Both the position numbers and the translations under genes were made by a program. A DNA stretch of 32,210 nucleotides from Octopus bimaculoides. Its lineage: Eukaryota. The stretch is from assembly GCF_001194135.2 (NCBI RefSeq), contig NC_068983.1, positions 32,739,064 through 32,771,273 of the forward strand. The letters are read 5' to 3'. Under the pieces are notes generated by a model, which saw nothing but the letters and a program-made list of their open reading frames with translations, was not told the DNA's origin and did not search any database. Shown piece after piece: positions 1 to 10,662 of this stretch. The stretch's first letter is position 1. Each line of letters starts with the position of its first letter.

Positions 1-175
1 TTCTATTTGAAAATTGGTTATGAAACACGTGTAATCTTTTTATTATATTTATCTTATGATATTTACTTTACTTTATATTATACTCATTTATTGTGCTTTT
101 AATTATTAATTTTTCTATATGTGATAGTGGATTTTCATCGATCAGTTCTTGAAAATTGGTTATTTTCCCTAAAAC

Positions 176-352
176 TATATATATATATATATGGTGGTTG
201 TCTACTCCTTAAACAGAGTTTGACCACCTCCTGCACCTACACCTTAGCCCTTTCATGGCGTCTGATGTGGCTTTTTAAACCAGACAGTGTTTTGAAAAAA
301 CACCCACACAGATTGCACCTCTGATTTGCACTACCAACACCTGCAAGTATAC
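176..352 (-). mobile_element. 3' end of an RTE-like LINE (5'-truncated) with (TA)n tail
   Basis: Minus frame ends ...NQRCNLCGCFFKTLSGLKSHIRRHERAKV* (stop 237-239), a C2H2-like CxxC..F....GL.SH.R.H motif typical of RTE ORF2 C-termini. A short 3' UTR and (TA)n follow. The rest of ORF 237..608 is microsatellite. Confidence 0.6.
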
Positions 353-502
353 GCACACAAACATACACACACACATATATATATGTATTTGAATATAAAT
401 ACATAGATACATACATATATATATGTGTATATATATATATATCATACATACATACATATATATATATATAGATGTACATATATATGTGTATATATATATC
501 AT

Positions 503-557
<55 letters not shown>

Positions 558-620
558 CATACATATGCATACAAACACACAGACACACACACAGACACAC
601 ACACACACATATATATATAT
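353..620. repeat. Compound (CA)n/(TA)n microsatellite
   Basis: Directly visible; it explains the spurious C/V/Y/I/H/T ORFs here. Confidence 0.97.
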
Positions 621-1098
621 AAAAAGTAAATGTAAGGATAAACAAGTTAGATCAATATATAGATTATATAAGAATACAAATGATATAGAGAATTATAGAG
701 GAAAAGTACTACAAACCTTATTAATTTTATATAGTGTTCCATGTAGAGATCCCTAGGTGGGATTGAGATACTCTTTGTAGACGTGCCCAAGAATTGCTTA
801 TCCATGAGTGTAATCTATACGTAGCGCTCGGTGAAGCAAAAGATATATATTTCATAGATGAAATTCAGATAATCTCCGTATAGAACTCCGTATATTGCAC
901 AAGTGGGTATAGAAATAAATGTAGGGATAAGTAAAGATATAGAGAATTAAAGGATTTGCATGTATTCAGTATACTTTATATATTTGATCTGTCTAACTTG
1001 CTTATCCCTACATTTACCTCTATATCCGGTCAATTTAAAATCTCTTGAGCACTACAATGTGTATTGTATACGGAGAATATCTGGATCTCATTTATGAA
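617..1098. mobile_element. AT-rich foldback/MITE-like element with direct and inverted sub-repeats
   Basis: Inverted pairs: 851-882 with 1067-1098 (28/32), 905-931 with 1001-1027 (24/27), and 626-660 with 978-1017 (2 mismatches plus indels). Confidence 0.55.
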
Positions 1099-1100
1099 CT

Positions 1101-1154
1101 ACACACACACACACACACAAACATACATATGTATGCGTGTGTGTGTGTGCGTGT
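1101..1154. repeat. (CA)n/(TG)n microsatellite
   Basis: Directly visible. Confidence 0.9.
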
Positions 1155-1510
1155 ATCAATCGTCTATAGACGAAATTATAGCACCTTCATGTCATAAAAT
1201 GGTATTAGGTGGATGCAAGACATCGGTGAACGGTTTTAATTTGAAAGATTTCACTCGCCTGATGGACTGTCTTCAATACGACTGGTGAACATCATCTACC
1301 CTTGATTATATTGGATGACAATTGCTTCTCCTGAGTTCCTGTACCCTGTGATGAGTCTTCCTTTTAACCAAGTCGGGTGTCCAAAAATCACCCTGTTCTC
1401 CATGCAAGCTTGGCGGGTTTGCTGACTTAGTCTACGACGAACCGACTATGCAACAGGCTATTATGGGTTACTTGCTAGATGTAGCACAGGAGTTTAGTGA
1501 GGTAAACACG

Positions 1511-2452
1511 TCATGGAATTAAGATTATATTTAACAAGATATTCGTATGTATAACAATTGGTTTATTTTTCACTAGGTGTACAGAATACGTCTTATAGTT
1601 TTGCTTAACTTTATAGTGCAGAAGAACAAACATATTTATTACATATTTATGAATCAATCTGAATGTCATTAAAATCATTGTATCATATTGATTTTTCTCA
1701 AAAAAAGCAGATTTGGCCATATCCCGAAGTTTCGCATCTTCATTTATTTTTCTGCTGGTTTCTCTCTATTGTTTCTTTTGCTTCTTAACTCCTGATAGCT
1801 TCTATCCTACCCCCAAAATACTTTGTTCTTCTATTCTGTCTGCATGTCTCTCTGCTACCCCGATTCTCCTCTCTCAATCAATCTCACCGTCTCTTCTTCA
1901 TGTCTCCATCAACTATCAACGTTCTGTAATTCATTCGTCCTCTGAGACGCCTTTTCGATATGTCGCAATCCAACACATCGAAAAGGGGTTTGCAGAGGGC
2001 GAATGAATTATAGTACGTAGGTAGTTGATTGAAACGTGAAGAACAAGACATTGAGATTGATGTAGAGAGAATGAGATAAACAGGCTCAGCGAAAGAAAAT
2101 GTGAGTGGCAGAGAGACATACAAGAAGAAAGGACAAAATATTTCTGGTGTGGGATAGAAACTATCAGAAGTTAAGAAACAAAACAAAACAATAGAGAGAA
2201 ACCAGCTGGCAAATAGACGAAGAAGTGAAACCTCATAATATGGCCAGATCTGCTACGATTACATGAAGAGAAAAAAAATCAATATACTGCAATAGATTTT
2301 ATTGACATTTACAGATCAGGTGAACTCATAAATGCGTAATAAATATTTTTGTTCCACATTATTAATTTAAACAGTATGATACGCAGACCTTGTGAAAAAT
2401 AAATCAACACTTGTTTTGTATACGAATGTCCTGTAACTTACAAATTCCATGA
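1511..2452. mobile_element. ~940 bp foldback (long imperfect palindrome), MITE-like
   Basis: Termini TCATGGAATT (1511-1520) and AATTCCATGA (2443-2452). Arms align throughout, e.g. GCTGGTTTCTCTCTATTG/CAATAGAGAGAAACCAGC. Centre CTTTTCGAT...ATCGAAAAG near 1951-1985. ORFs 1713..2006(+) and 1884..2186(-) share LT.DSFYPTP because of the symmetry. Confidence 0.8.
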
Positions 2453-2468
2453 TATATACTTATCTTAC

Positions 2469-2517
2469 AAATATGTTCTGCTTATTACACAGAAAACGAT
2501 CTGTTGTGGCCTCGAAG
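2469..2517 (-). CDS. Weak candidate internal exon (FEATTDRFLCNKQNIF)
   Basis: CTACAG acceptor and GTAAGA donor; phase-compatible with the 2800-2856 candidate. No recognised homology. Confidence 0.15.
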
Positions 2518-2799
2518 CTGTAGATACACCAAGAATTTGTGAGATAGCATAATTACATTTTCCACAAGGTACAAGTCCATGCAGTTTTAATGAAGAAAGA
2601 ATAAGTTGATTAAATTTATTCGTGGTCTTTCCATTTGTTAAAAGCAGCTAGCAAATTTCCGTCAAATTACACCTATTGATTTACAAGACTGGGTGCATAA
2701 TAGTTAATGTGGTTTTTAGATTCATTTTTCTGGAAAAAGGAAGATGGACTGGTCAGGATGTTAACACCTCAGTCATAGGTCTGCTTCATTAGCGCTTAC

Positions 2800-2856
2800 C
2801 CAACAATAACAGCAGTAGCAGCAACAACTGGTACTGAATCTATCAGCTCAAATGGG
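2800..2856 (-). CDS. Candidate 57-nt internal exon (PFELIDSVPVVAATAVIVG)
   Basis: Acceptor ACTTCAGATTTTCAG, donor TGG|GTAAGC, open phase 2-2 frame, in non-repetitive sequence. No recognised homology. Confidence 0.25.
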
Positions 2857-3385
2857 CTGAAAATCTGAAGTTGTACATAACACGTAAATGTGTCCAACGA
2901 AGCAAGTTAAACATTTTAACCGGGTGTATTGCGCTTTCTGTTTCTAATATTTTGAAACAAAGGTATATATCTGTAAGGAAACATATTATCACATCAAATA
3001 CATCCCAGTCCATAAACAGAGACTGATATCATGCACCACCCAGAGAAACTGAAATGCTAAATATGCAGGAATCGAACTGGTCATCTTTTAAGACAAAAAC
3101 TAAAGTTATTGCTGTGTTTAGATTGTCTATGATCATAGAGCCCAGTGAGAAAGAAGTGTACAAGTATGAATGTCATAGTTTTATTATAAATCAGGATGCG
3201 GTGTGAGGGAGGATTGTCGAGTTTATTGTGTAGGTCACCAGAGCAAGTAGAAGAAGATTTGTTGATTCGGAACATTATCAGAAATTTTGTTGGCAAAACT
3301 AACGTTTCAGACATCGCGAAGAGTGTCGTAAGCTAAACATATCTTCAAATAACAACGGCAACAATAGTAACAATAATAATAATAA

Positions 3386-3494
3386 GCTTCCTACTACAGG
3401 TACAAGGACTGAAATCCTATGGGAGGTGGTTAAGTCAATTACATCGGCATTCGCACTTAACTGGTACTTATTTTATCGACCTACACGCCGCCTT
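3386..3494 (-). mobile_element. tRNA-derived SINE family A, internally deleted copy
   Basis: Tail CTTCCTACTACAGGTACAAGG, core AACTGGTACTTATTTTATCGACC and head GCCGCCTTA match the other copies; (AAT)n at the tail. Confidence 0.7.
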
Positions 3495-3497
3495 ACC

Positions 3498-3529
<32 letters not shown>

Positions 3530-3534
3530 CAATA

Positions 3535-3970
3535 ATCTTTTCTGCTATAGGTACATGGCCTAGAATTTTGAGAGTAGGTGTTACGCCTTTACATCGACCC
3601 TAGTGCTCGATGGTCGTTATTCCATCGACCCCACAGGTAATGTCGACCTCAGTGGCATTTGAACTCAGAACGCAAAGCCAGAAAAAAAATACTGCGGAGC
3701 ATTTTTCCGATGTGGTAACAATATTCTTTTCTACTGTAGGCACAAGGCCCGAAATTTTGTGGAGAGAGTCAGTCGATTAGATCGACCGCGGTACGCAACT
3801 GGTACTTAATTTATCGACTCCGAAAGGATGAAAGACAAAGTCAACCTCGGCGGAATTTGAACTCAGAACGTAAGACAGACGAAATGCCGCTATGCATTTC
3901 GCCCGGCGTTCTAACGTTTCTGTCGGCTCACCGCCTTGTGTGGTAACAATATTGTCAACTCACCGCAATA
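3535..3970 (-). mobile_element. Older SINE family A copy interrupted by a younger copy
   Basis: Body 3535-3725 (GTCGACCTCAGTGGCATTTGAACTCAGAAC = B-box complement); the head resumes at 3954-3970 (GTCAACTCACCGC). Confidence 0.75.
3726..3938 (-). mobile_element. Full-length SINE family A copy with 15-bp TSD
   Basis: Sense strand AAGGCGGTGAGCCGACAGAAACGTTAG...GAGTTCAAATTCC (B box)...CCTTGTGCCTACAGTAGAAAAG. Flanked by TGTGGTAACAATATT at 3711-3725 and 3939-3953. Confidence 0.9.
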
Positions 3971-4133
3971 ACACCAACAATAATAATATGAACAAATATC
4001 ATTATATTTATTGATTGATTTTATTTTGAATTGAAATTGAAATCTATTTTTCTATGCTTTGAAAGTATCATTAAACTTTTATTTTCTCTTGCAGTTGTCA
4101 TACAAAGTGCACTAGGAATTGGTATGTATACAC

Positions 4134-4240
4134 NNNNNNNNNNNNNNNNNNNNNNNNNNNNNNNNNNNNNNNNNNNNNNNNNNNNNNNNNNNNNNNNNNN
4201 NNNNNNNNNNNNNNNNNNNNNNNNNNNNNNNNNNNNNNNN
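4134..4240. other. Assembly gap (N)
   Basis: N run. Confidence 1.
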
Positions 4241-4691
4241 ATATATTGTTGGTTATTGTTGGCACTCCGTTGCTTACGACGTCAACGGTTCCAGTTGAAT
4301 CGGAACAGCCTGCTCGAGAAATTAACGTGCAAGTGGCTAAGCACTCCACAGACACGTGTACCCTTAATGTAGTTCTCGGGGATTGTCAGCGTGACAAGGC
4401 TGACCCTTTGAATTACAGGCACAACAGAAACAGGAAGTAAGAGTGAGAGAAAGTTGTGGTGAAAGAGTACAGCAGGGTTCGCCACTATCCCCTGCCGNNN
4501 NNNNNNNACAGAAACAGGAAGTAAGAGTGAGAGAAAGTTGTGGTGAAAGAGTACAGCAGGGTTCGCCACTATCCCCTGCCGGAGCCTCGTGGAGCTTTAG
4601 GTGTTTTCGCTCAATAAACACTCACAACGCCGATCTGGGAATCGAAACCACGATCCTATGACCGCAAGTCCGCTGCCCTAACCACTGGGCC

Positions 4692-4693
<2 letters not shown>
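4241..4693 (-). mobile_element. tRNA-derived SINE family B (long; resembles octopus OR-type SINEs)
   Basis: Sense head ATGGCCCAGTGGTTAGGGCAGCGGAC...GGTTTCGATTCCC with A and B boxes; 3' end GACGTCGTAAGCAACGGAGTGCCAACAAT. Family name is from memory only. Confidence 0.88.
4424..4581. other. Probable assembly artefact: 74-bp duplication across a 10-N gap
   Basis: 4424-4497 is repeated exactly at 4508-4581 on either side of N4498-4507. Confidence 0.85.
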
Positions 4694-4730
<37 letters not shown>

Positions 4731-4735
4731 TATAC
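4693..4735. repeat. (TA)n microsatellite
   Basis: Directly visible. Confidence 0.95.
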
Positions 4736-5282
4736 ATCATGCGTACGGGAAAACCTACTATTTTCTATCGTGGGCTTATATGCCCCATTATTAAACTATT
4801 TTCTTTAGTCATTGCGCGGTGATCGCTTTGAATCTTTAAGCTTATAAAATACTATTATTATTTACAGAAATGTAAAAATCGACGCTGCTTAACAGAAAAC
4901 AAAGACCATATATATCTATAATATAAACCCCGTTCTGTGTGTGTGCGTAAAAGATTATAATAGCTGTATTCTTCAACTGATTTTCTCCAAACTGGGAACA
5001 TATATTACTTATATTCCAGGAATGGTTTTAGACTCTTAAAAGTATTCACACAATGTGTAACGGCCCTCCTGCGGGGCAGAAAATACCCGTTCCTAGGCTG
5101 CCTGGATAAGGGAAGTAACTCTTTGCGAAGTAACTTTCAGAAATTGATTGTCTTCCTTACATCCATTGGTTATAAAAATAATTTATTAGATATTGCTTTT
5201 TATATTAGATTCTTGGTTTTGAAAATTTTTTAAATATTTGCTTTCGGTTTTCTAGCGTCAGGAACGTGTATATCTGTCTATT

Positions 5283-5284
5283 CA

Positions 5285-5320
<36 letters not shown>
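5283..5320. repeat. (TATC)n microsatellite
   Basis: Directly visible. Confidence 0.95.
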
Positions 5321-5321
<1 letters not shown>

Positions 5322-5725
5322 CTGTCTTATTTGTCTAACTAGCCAGCTCTCTCTCCCCTCACTCTCCATTGTTTTCACTTTCATTTCTCAGACGCTATTG
5401 TTTTCTCTTTAAGTTCAATCGCTATTGTTATTACTGTAAGTTTTCAATAGCTATTTACAAACAACAGTGAAAAATTGCTGACAGAATGTAGTTTACAATT
5501 ACTGATTTCTCTCGCTCTCTCTCTCTCTTCCTCCCTCTTTCATTTATTTTCTCATTGTAAACTTTCTCACTCTGTAAAAGTATATCACTCACCCTGAGTG
5601 TGTTTGAAAAAGTTCATAGATTTTCATGTTTGTTTTTTGTTTTACCGAGAAGGTGTCCCCCATTGTTTATAAGTGCGTAGTGCAATGATACTACTACTAC
5701 TACTACTACTAATAATAATAATAAT

Positions 5726-6674
5726 AAAGCTTTTGATAGTGTTCCCCACACGTGGATCTTCGAAACACTAGCCATAAACAAGGTAGCACCAATAATTATA
5801 AAATACATAAGACACTATGAATAAATGGCAGAGAGTGGTACAGCTCCGAACAAAAGAGGGACTCGTAAAAACCAAAGCCATCCCCATTAGAAGAGGAATA
5901 TACCAGGGAGACACATCTCTCCACTCCTTTTCTGCTTCGTACTGACACCTTTATCTTACATACTAAATAGAACTGGATGCGGATACAAATGTTACGGCAA
6001 AACACCATTTATATATGGATAACCTAAAACTATACGCTACAAATGACAAACAGCTGGAAACACTACTACAGACAGTACATGGATTTACCAAAGAAATAGA
6101 TAAGAAATTTGGATTAGAAAAATGTGCCAAAGCAATCCTGAAAAGAGGAAAATTAGTTAAGAGTAGCAGCACCACACTAGATAAAGCCAATGAGATAAGA
6201 GAATTAGACCAAAGCCAGACATACAAATATTTAGGAATCAATGAACTAGATATGATACAACAGACACAAATGAAAGAGAAAATAAAGAAAGAATACTATA
6301 AATGAATTAGAGCTCAATGCTAAAAACAAGATAATAGGTATTAACACTTTAGCCGTCCCAGTTATAAGTTACAGCTACAATATCCTTAAGTGGACTAACC
6401 AAAATAGACAGGAAAACAAGAAAATAATGACAGGATCTAGGATGCACCACCCAAAATCTGACATAGAAAGGCTATATATATATACAACGTATAAAAGGTG
6501 GTACAGCTGAAAAACTATTATAAAGTAACCACCACAAGACTGTAAAAATACCTACTTCGGAAGCAAGGAAAAGTAATACAAATAGCCACAAAACGCGAAC
6601 AAAACAAAAAAACAAACTGTTTTCAGTATTTAAGGAAGCTGACAAATACAAACTAGAAATAATACTACCTAACA

Positions 6675-6727
<53 letters not shown>

Positions 6728-7578
6728 GAAGAAGAAGAAGAAGAAACAACAAAAGTTATAAAACAAATGAAATCCAAACTAAAACTAGATCAGCAACGGA
6801 CCATGATAAAACGATGGCAAGAAAAGCCCCTTCATGGCAAATACTGGACTAAACTAAATGCAATGAAACAGACAGAGAAAAATCCCCACAATAGTTGAGA
6901 AGCTCATAACTCAAAGCAGAGACTGAAGGATTTTTAATTGCAGCACAAGACCAAAGCCTCCCCACCAGAAATTACCAAAAACATATAATGAAAAGAAACA
7001 TAACAAGTAACTGTAGAATATGTGGAGATGGACAAGAAACAATAAATCATATTATCTCTGGCTGCCCAGTCTTGGCTAAGAAGGAATATATTTACAGACA
7101 CAACAGAGCTGGGACCTTCATACACTGGAAGCTATGCCAACACTATGGAATAACAACAGAAAAAGATGGTATAGGCACACATTAGAAAAGGTCACAGAAA
7201 ACGAGAAAGCAACCATACTCTGGGATATTCCAATACACACAGATAGGGAAATTAAGGCCAATTGGCCAGATATAGTTGTCAGAGATCATGAAGAAAAAAA
7301 AATGCTTTCTAATTGATGTATCAATATCAGCAGATGACAACGTTTCTCTAAAAGAAATGGAGAAACTTTCAAAATACAAAGGCCTGGAAATACAGGTAAC
7401 TCGAATGTGGAATCTAAAAACAGAAACAATTCCTATCATAGTAGGCGCATTAGGTATGATAAAAAGTATTCAGACAAATACATAACAAAAACACCAGGAC
7501 TTAACAAATATATATAACATACAGAAAATTGCACTACTGGGCACTGCACACATCCTATGCAAAACACTTTCAATATAG
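5726..7578 (+). pseudogene. Disrupted RT-zinc knuckle-RLE ORF
   Basis: KAFDSVPH; RRGIYQGD; YMDNLKLYA (YxDD motif decayed); FGLEKCA; YKYLG; CRICGDGQETINHIISGC; ILWDIPIHTD..ANWPDIVV; LIDVS; PIIVGALG; stop at 7576-7578. Several frameshifts and stops. Confidence 0.92.
6675..6745. repeat. (AAT)n(AAG)n tract inside the LINE ORF
   Basis: Directly visible. Confidence 0.95.
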
Positions 7579-7675
7579 TAACCATAAGAGCATCTCAGCA
7601 AACCACAGCGCATACCCAAGGCGCACAGAGCTGCGCTCGGTAGTGAAGTGAAAGCACGCTATAAAAATAAAACTA

Positions 7676-7713
<38 letters not shown>

Positions 7714-9133
7714 TCGGACAAAATCGGTCCGGAAGGGGGTGTATGAAATTCACAAATTTTCAAAAATTTCTTTTCATAAAAAGCTTCCTTCGTTATTTGC
7801 ATGGGTGTGGTGAAAAATAAATTTGAAAATCCACATTAAAACGTCCTTGATTTTTCACCTTGTCATTACTAAAATTATTGTAAAGAACGTTAAAATTATT
7901 TAGTTGTGTATAATCTCTGTATATTTTAGTTTTGTATCGTCAATTTAAACATTATTAACTATATTTTTGATCGATATTACAATCAAAATCAGTTGGTCCG
8001 CATTAAATATACCAGGAATAGAATAGAGTAAAGCAGCATACGATTTCCCTTCTCAGACAATAGTATCTAGTTTGTGTGAAACCAATTAAATATATGAATT
8101 TCTTTACGTATTTGATTAGATAGATATGCTTTAAAACCTCAGCACGGCATGCGATTTTAGCAATCTTAAGTAATTTCAATTTTGAGCAGACTCAGTAGTT
8201 TCATCTCTATCACCAAATTAAAGTACTATTGCTAAAATGTCTACAGCTTCAATTATTCATCACGGAAGTGCTTTTTAGTACAGTTCTATTTCTTTTTGTA
8301 CATGTATGAACCTTTCTTCACGTCGATCTAATAGATTGCTTGCATTTTCCAGTTTCTCCTCTAAACTATGATAAAATGCAGACGTCATCACTTTGCATGA
8401 CAAACAGAATAGGTTGTATTTGCTTTCTCGATAACATAACCAACTTCTTTAGTGTTGCTGGTTTGTAGACTTATGAATATGCGTAGATATTAAACCATTA
8501 GCACTTCCGAGGTTTCTCTTTATTATCACTGATAGAAGAAAAGTTATTCTCATTGGATGTCCAATGTCCACTTCAAGGACCGTCTATATGATCTGACCAT
8601 CCACATATATGATTATAATATTTCAGTGGTTTCGTAGTTTATGTACTCTGGCTGTGGTGTACACATTCTCAGCATGAATTTTTATGGTTTCTATATTCTC
8701 AGTTTCGGCTTTCATTCACACATCTCCATCAACTTCATAATATTGTAGATGGTTTTGATTCTAAATATTAGTCCATCTATTTGTTTTTCTTCCCCACTGT
8801 TCCCACTCTACTGGTCAGTCCTACCTGCATTAGGGAAAGATTGCGAGAAACAAATTTAAAGCAAGTAGTTTACATAAATATACTGCTGGACAAAATCTTA
8901 AGACCAGTGAAAAAACTGCCGAAATGAATTCCTTGCAGACCGATATATTCGACTATTTTTCATTATAGATTTATCATTAGCAAATCGAAAAAGATATCTG
9001 AAAATTTAAAGAAATGTTTAACATTTATGCACAAAATATGCATAGTATGAAAACTAACAATATTTTACCTGGTCAGAGGTTTAAGACTATGACAAATAAA
9101 CGAAAACAATGAATAAATAGCAAACGAAGGGGC

Positions 9134-9804
9134 TCAATAGTTAGAAGCTCCACAATTCCTGCGAATAACTTTAAAAACTCATTGTGGCATACTCAACTCA
9201 AGCGTTTGCAGGAGGTTGTCTGGGATGTTACACCACAAGTTGATGACTGCCTGGCGAAGTACATTCACAGCCTCAAATTGTTTCTATTTTTGAAAACGTC
9301 TCTTGCCATCTATCCTCATTGATTTTCGATAGAGTTTAGGAGAACATGGTGGATGATCCAAAAGATGAACGTTCTTTTTTCCTGAAGAAATACTTTGGCC
9401 TGCGAGCATTATCGATTGTAGCTTTATCCTGTTGATAAATCCAGCCTTCTCTACACAAACGAGAGCCTTAATTGAAATGTGAGGCTCGCTCCAACATAGC
9501 CAGCTGCTGTTTGACGCCCTTGCACAACCTGAGGTTCCATAGTTCCTCGGTACGAGAAAGCATCCCACACCATGATAGAGTCTCCACCATTGTACCACGT
9601 TTAAAAAGTCTCCGATGGAATATCTTTTGCATACTAATATCTTTGGAAACCATCAGTACAATGAAGGATGAATTTCTTCTCATCTGAGAATAAAACCTTC
9701 CAGCTGTAAATGACCCAGATCTGGTGATTCTAAACAAATTCTAAACGAGTAATTTGGAAGCGTGGAAGAAGACGAGATCTCTGAAGACGTTTCAGATTTT
9801 AAAG

Positions 9805-9836
<32 letters not shown>

Positions 9837-9841
9837 TCTCT

Positions 9842-9878
<37 letters not shown>

Positions 9879-10181
9879 GTCGCCTTATCGTTTTCTGAGT
9901 TGCATTCCACATTCGTAGGTGCCTTAATTTGGTTTGGTGATCGGCGAGTGTCTTTCGTAACTTCTTGCCGAATCCTTCTACTGATCGCTGGTGAAATTTT
10001 CTTTGGCCGGCCGGCCGGTCGATTGTTTTCGATTCATATGTCTCAGAGCCTTTCAAGAAGTTCGGATGGCTGTTTTGCTGCGGCCAATTTCACTGGTGGC
10101 GGCACGTTGAGAGAGACCTTGCTTCTGGAGCTCAACAATTCTACCACGTTCAAAATTTGTCCATATCCTAGCTTTGCCCAT
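9134..10181 (-). pseudogene. Tc1/Tc3-like DDE transposase pseudogene
   Basis: Starts MGKARIWTNFERGRIVELQKQGLSQR..EIGRSKT (HTH). Then FSDEK, IMVWDAFS, WIYQQDKA, HPPCSP and LRQAVINLWCNIPDNLLQTL..SMP...ASNY*. Stops, frameshifts and a (GA)n insertion. Confidence 0.9.
9805..9876. repeat. (CT)n microsatellite inside the transposase
   Basis: Directly visible. Confidence 0.95.
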
Positions 10182-10625
10182 TGTTGTTCTGAAATAGACA
10201 GGGATTTGCTGACACAGGGAAAGCTTGAACATGAATTTCAGAATTATTATAGTTTATAACAGATTAAAACTTTTTATTTGTAATGGTCTTAAATTTTAGA
10301 CCAGCCAAAATATTGATCGTTTTCGTACAATGCATATTTTCTGCATTAAATGTTAAGCATCTCATAGATTTTCGTATATCATTTTCTATTTGCCAATTAT
10401 GAATCTATAATGAAAAATAATTGAATATATCGGTCTGCAAGGAGTTCATTTCGGCAGTAGTGTATATACGTGAACTACTGCAGAAAGCCAAGATGGTGGG
10501 ATACAAAGTATGATTTGCAAAGACATCTTCTGAACCAAGTTTCAGAATGTAATGTACGATAAAGATTGCAGGAAATTATTTTCCGGTTTGATTTTGAGCC
10601 AAATATCTGGAAGTGAAAATGCTTG

Positions 10626-10627
<2 letters not shown>

Positions 10628-10658
<31 letters not shown>
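10628..10658. repeat. (TA)n microsatellite
   Basis: Directly visible. Confidence 0.95.

Positions 10659-10662
<4 letters not shown>

Larger units (their letters stand above)
5726..7711 (+). mobile_element. 5'-truncated RLE-type non-LTR retrotransposon (R4/Dong-like) inserted in (AAT)n
   Basis: (AAT)n at both ends (5711-5726 and 7679-7711). Coding remnants of RT, CCHC knuckle and restriction-like endonuclease, then a ~100-nt 3' UTR. Confidence 0.92.
8881..10311 (-). mobile_element. Tc1-family DNA transposon, decayed, both TIRs recognisable
   Basis: GCTGGACAAAATCTTAAGACCA (8885-8906) versus the reverse complement of 10284-10305, GCTGGTCTAAAATTTAAGACCA; a transposase remnant lies between them. 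Confidence 0.85.

Noticed and set aside
237-629. Long ORFs rich in C/V/Y/I/H/T (also 16521-16758, 16935-17393, 18463-18899)
   Set aside because: Translations of (CA)n/(TA)n/(CT)n microsatellites.
1160-1173. 14-bp palindrome TCGTCTATAGACGA
   Set aside because: 7-bp arms are expected by chance in 32 kb.
3234-3327. Possible plus-strand exon (SPEQVEEDLLIRNIIRNFVGKTNVSDIAKSV) with GTAAGC donor
   Set aside because: Weak pyrimidine tract, no recognised homology and no compatible partner exon.
4915-5096. Helitron-like ends (A|TCTATAATATAAA; GC hairpin 5063-5077; CTAG 5093-5096)
   Set aside because: CTAG is followed by G rather than T, the hairpin is weak, and there is no second copy in the window.
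8290-8830. Minus-strand coding-like patches (LEEKLENASNLLDRREE; KWTLDI)
   Set aside because: Could be an old RTE remnant or an exon, but it is riddled with stops and has no decisive motif.
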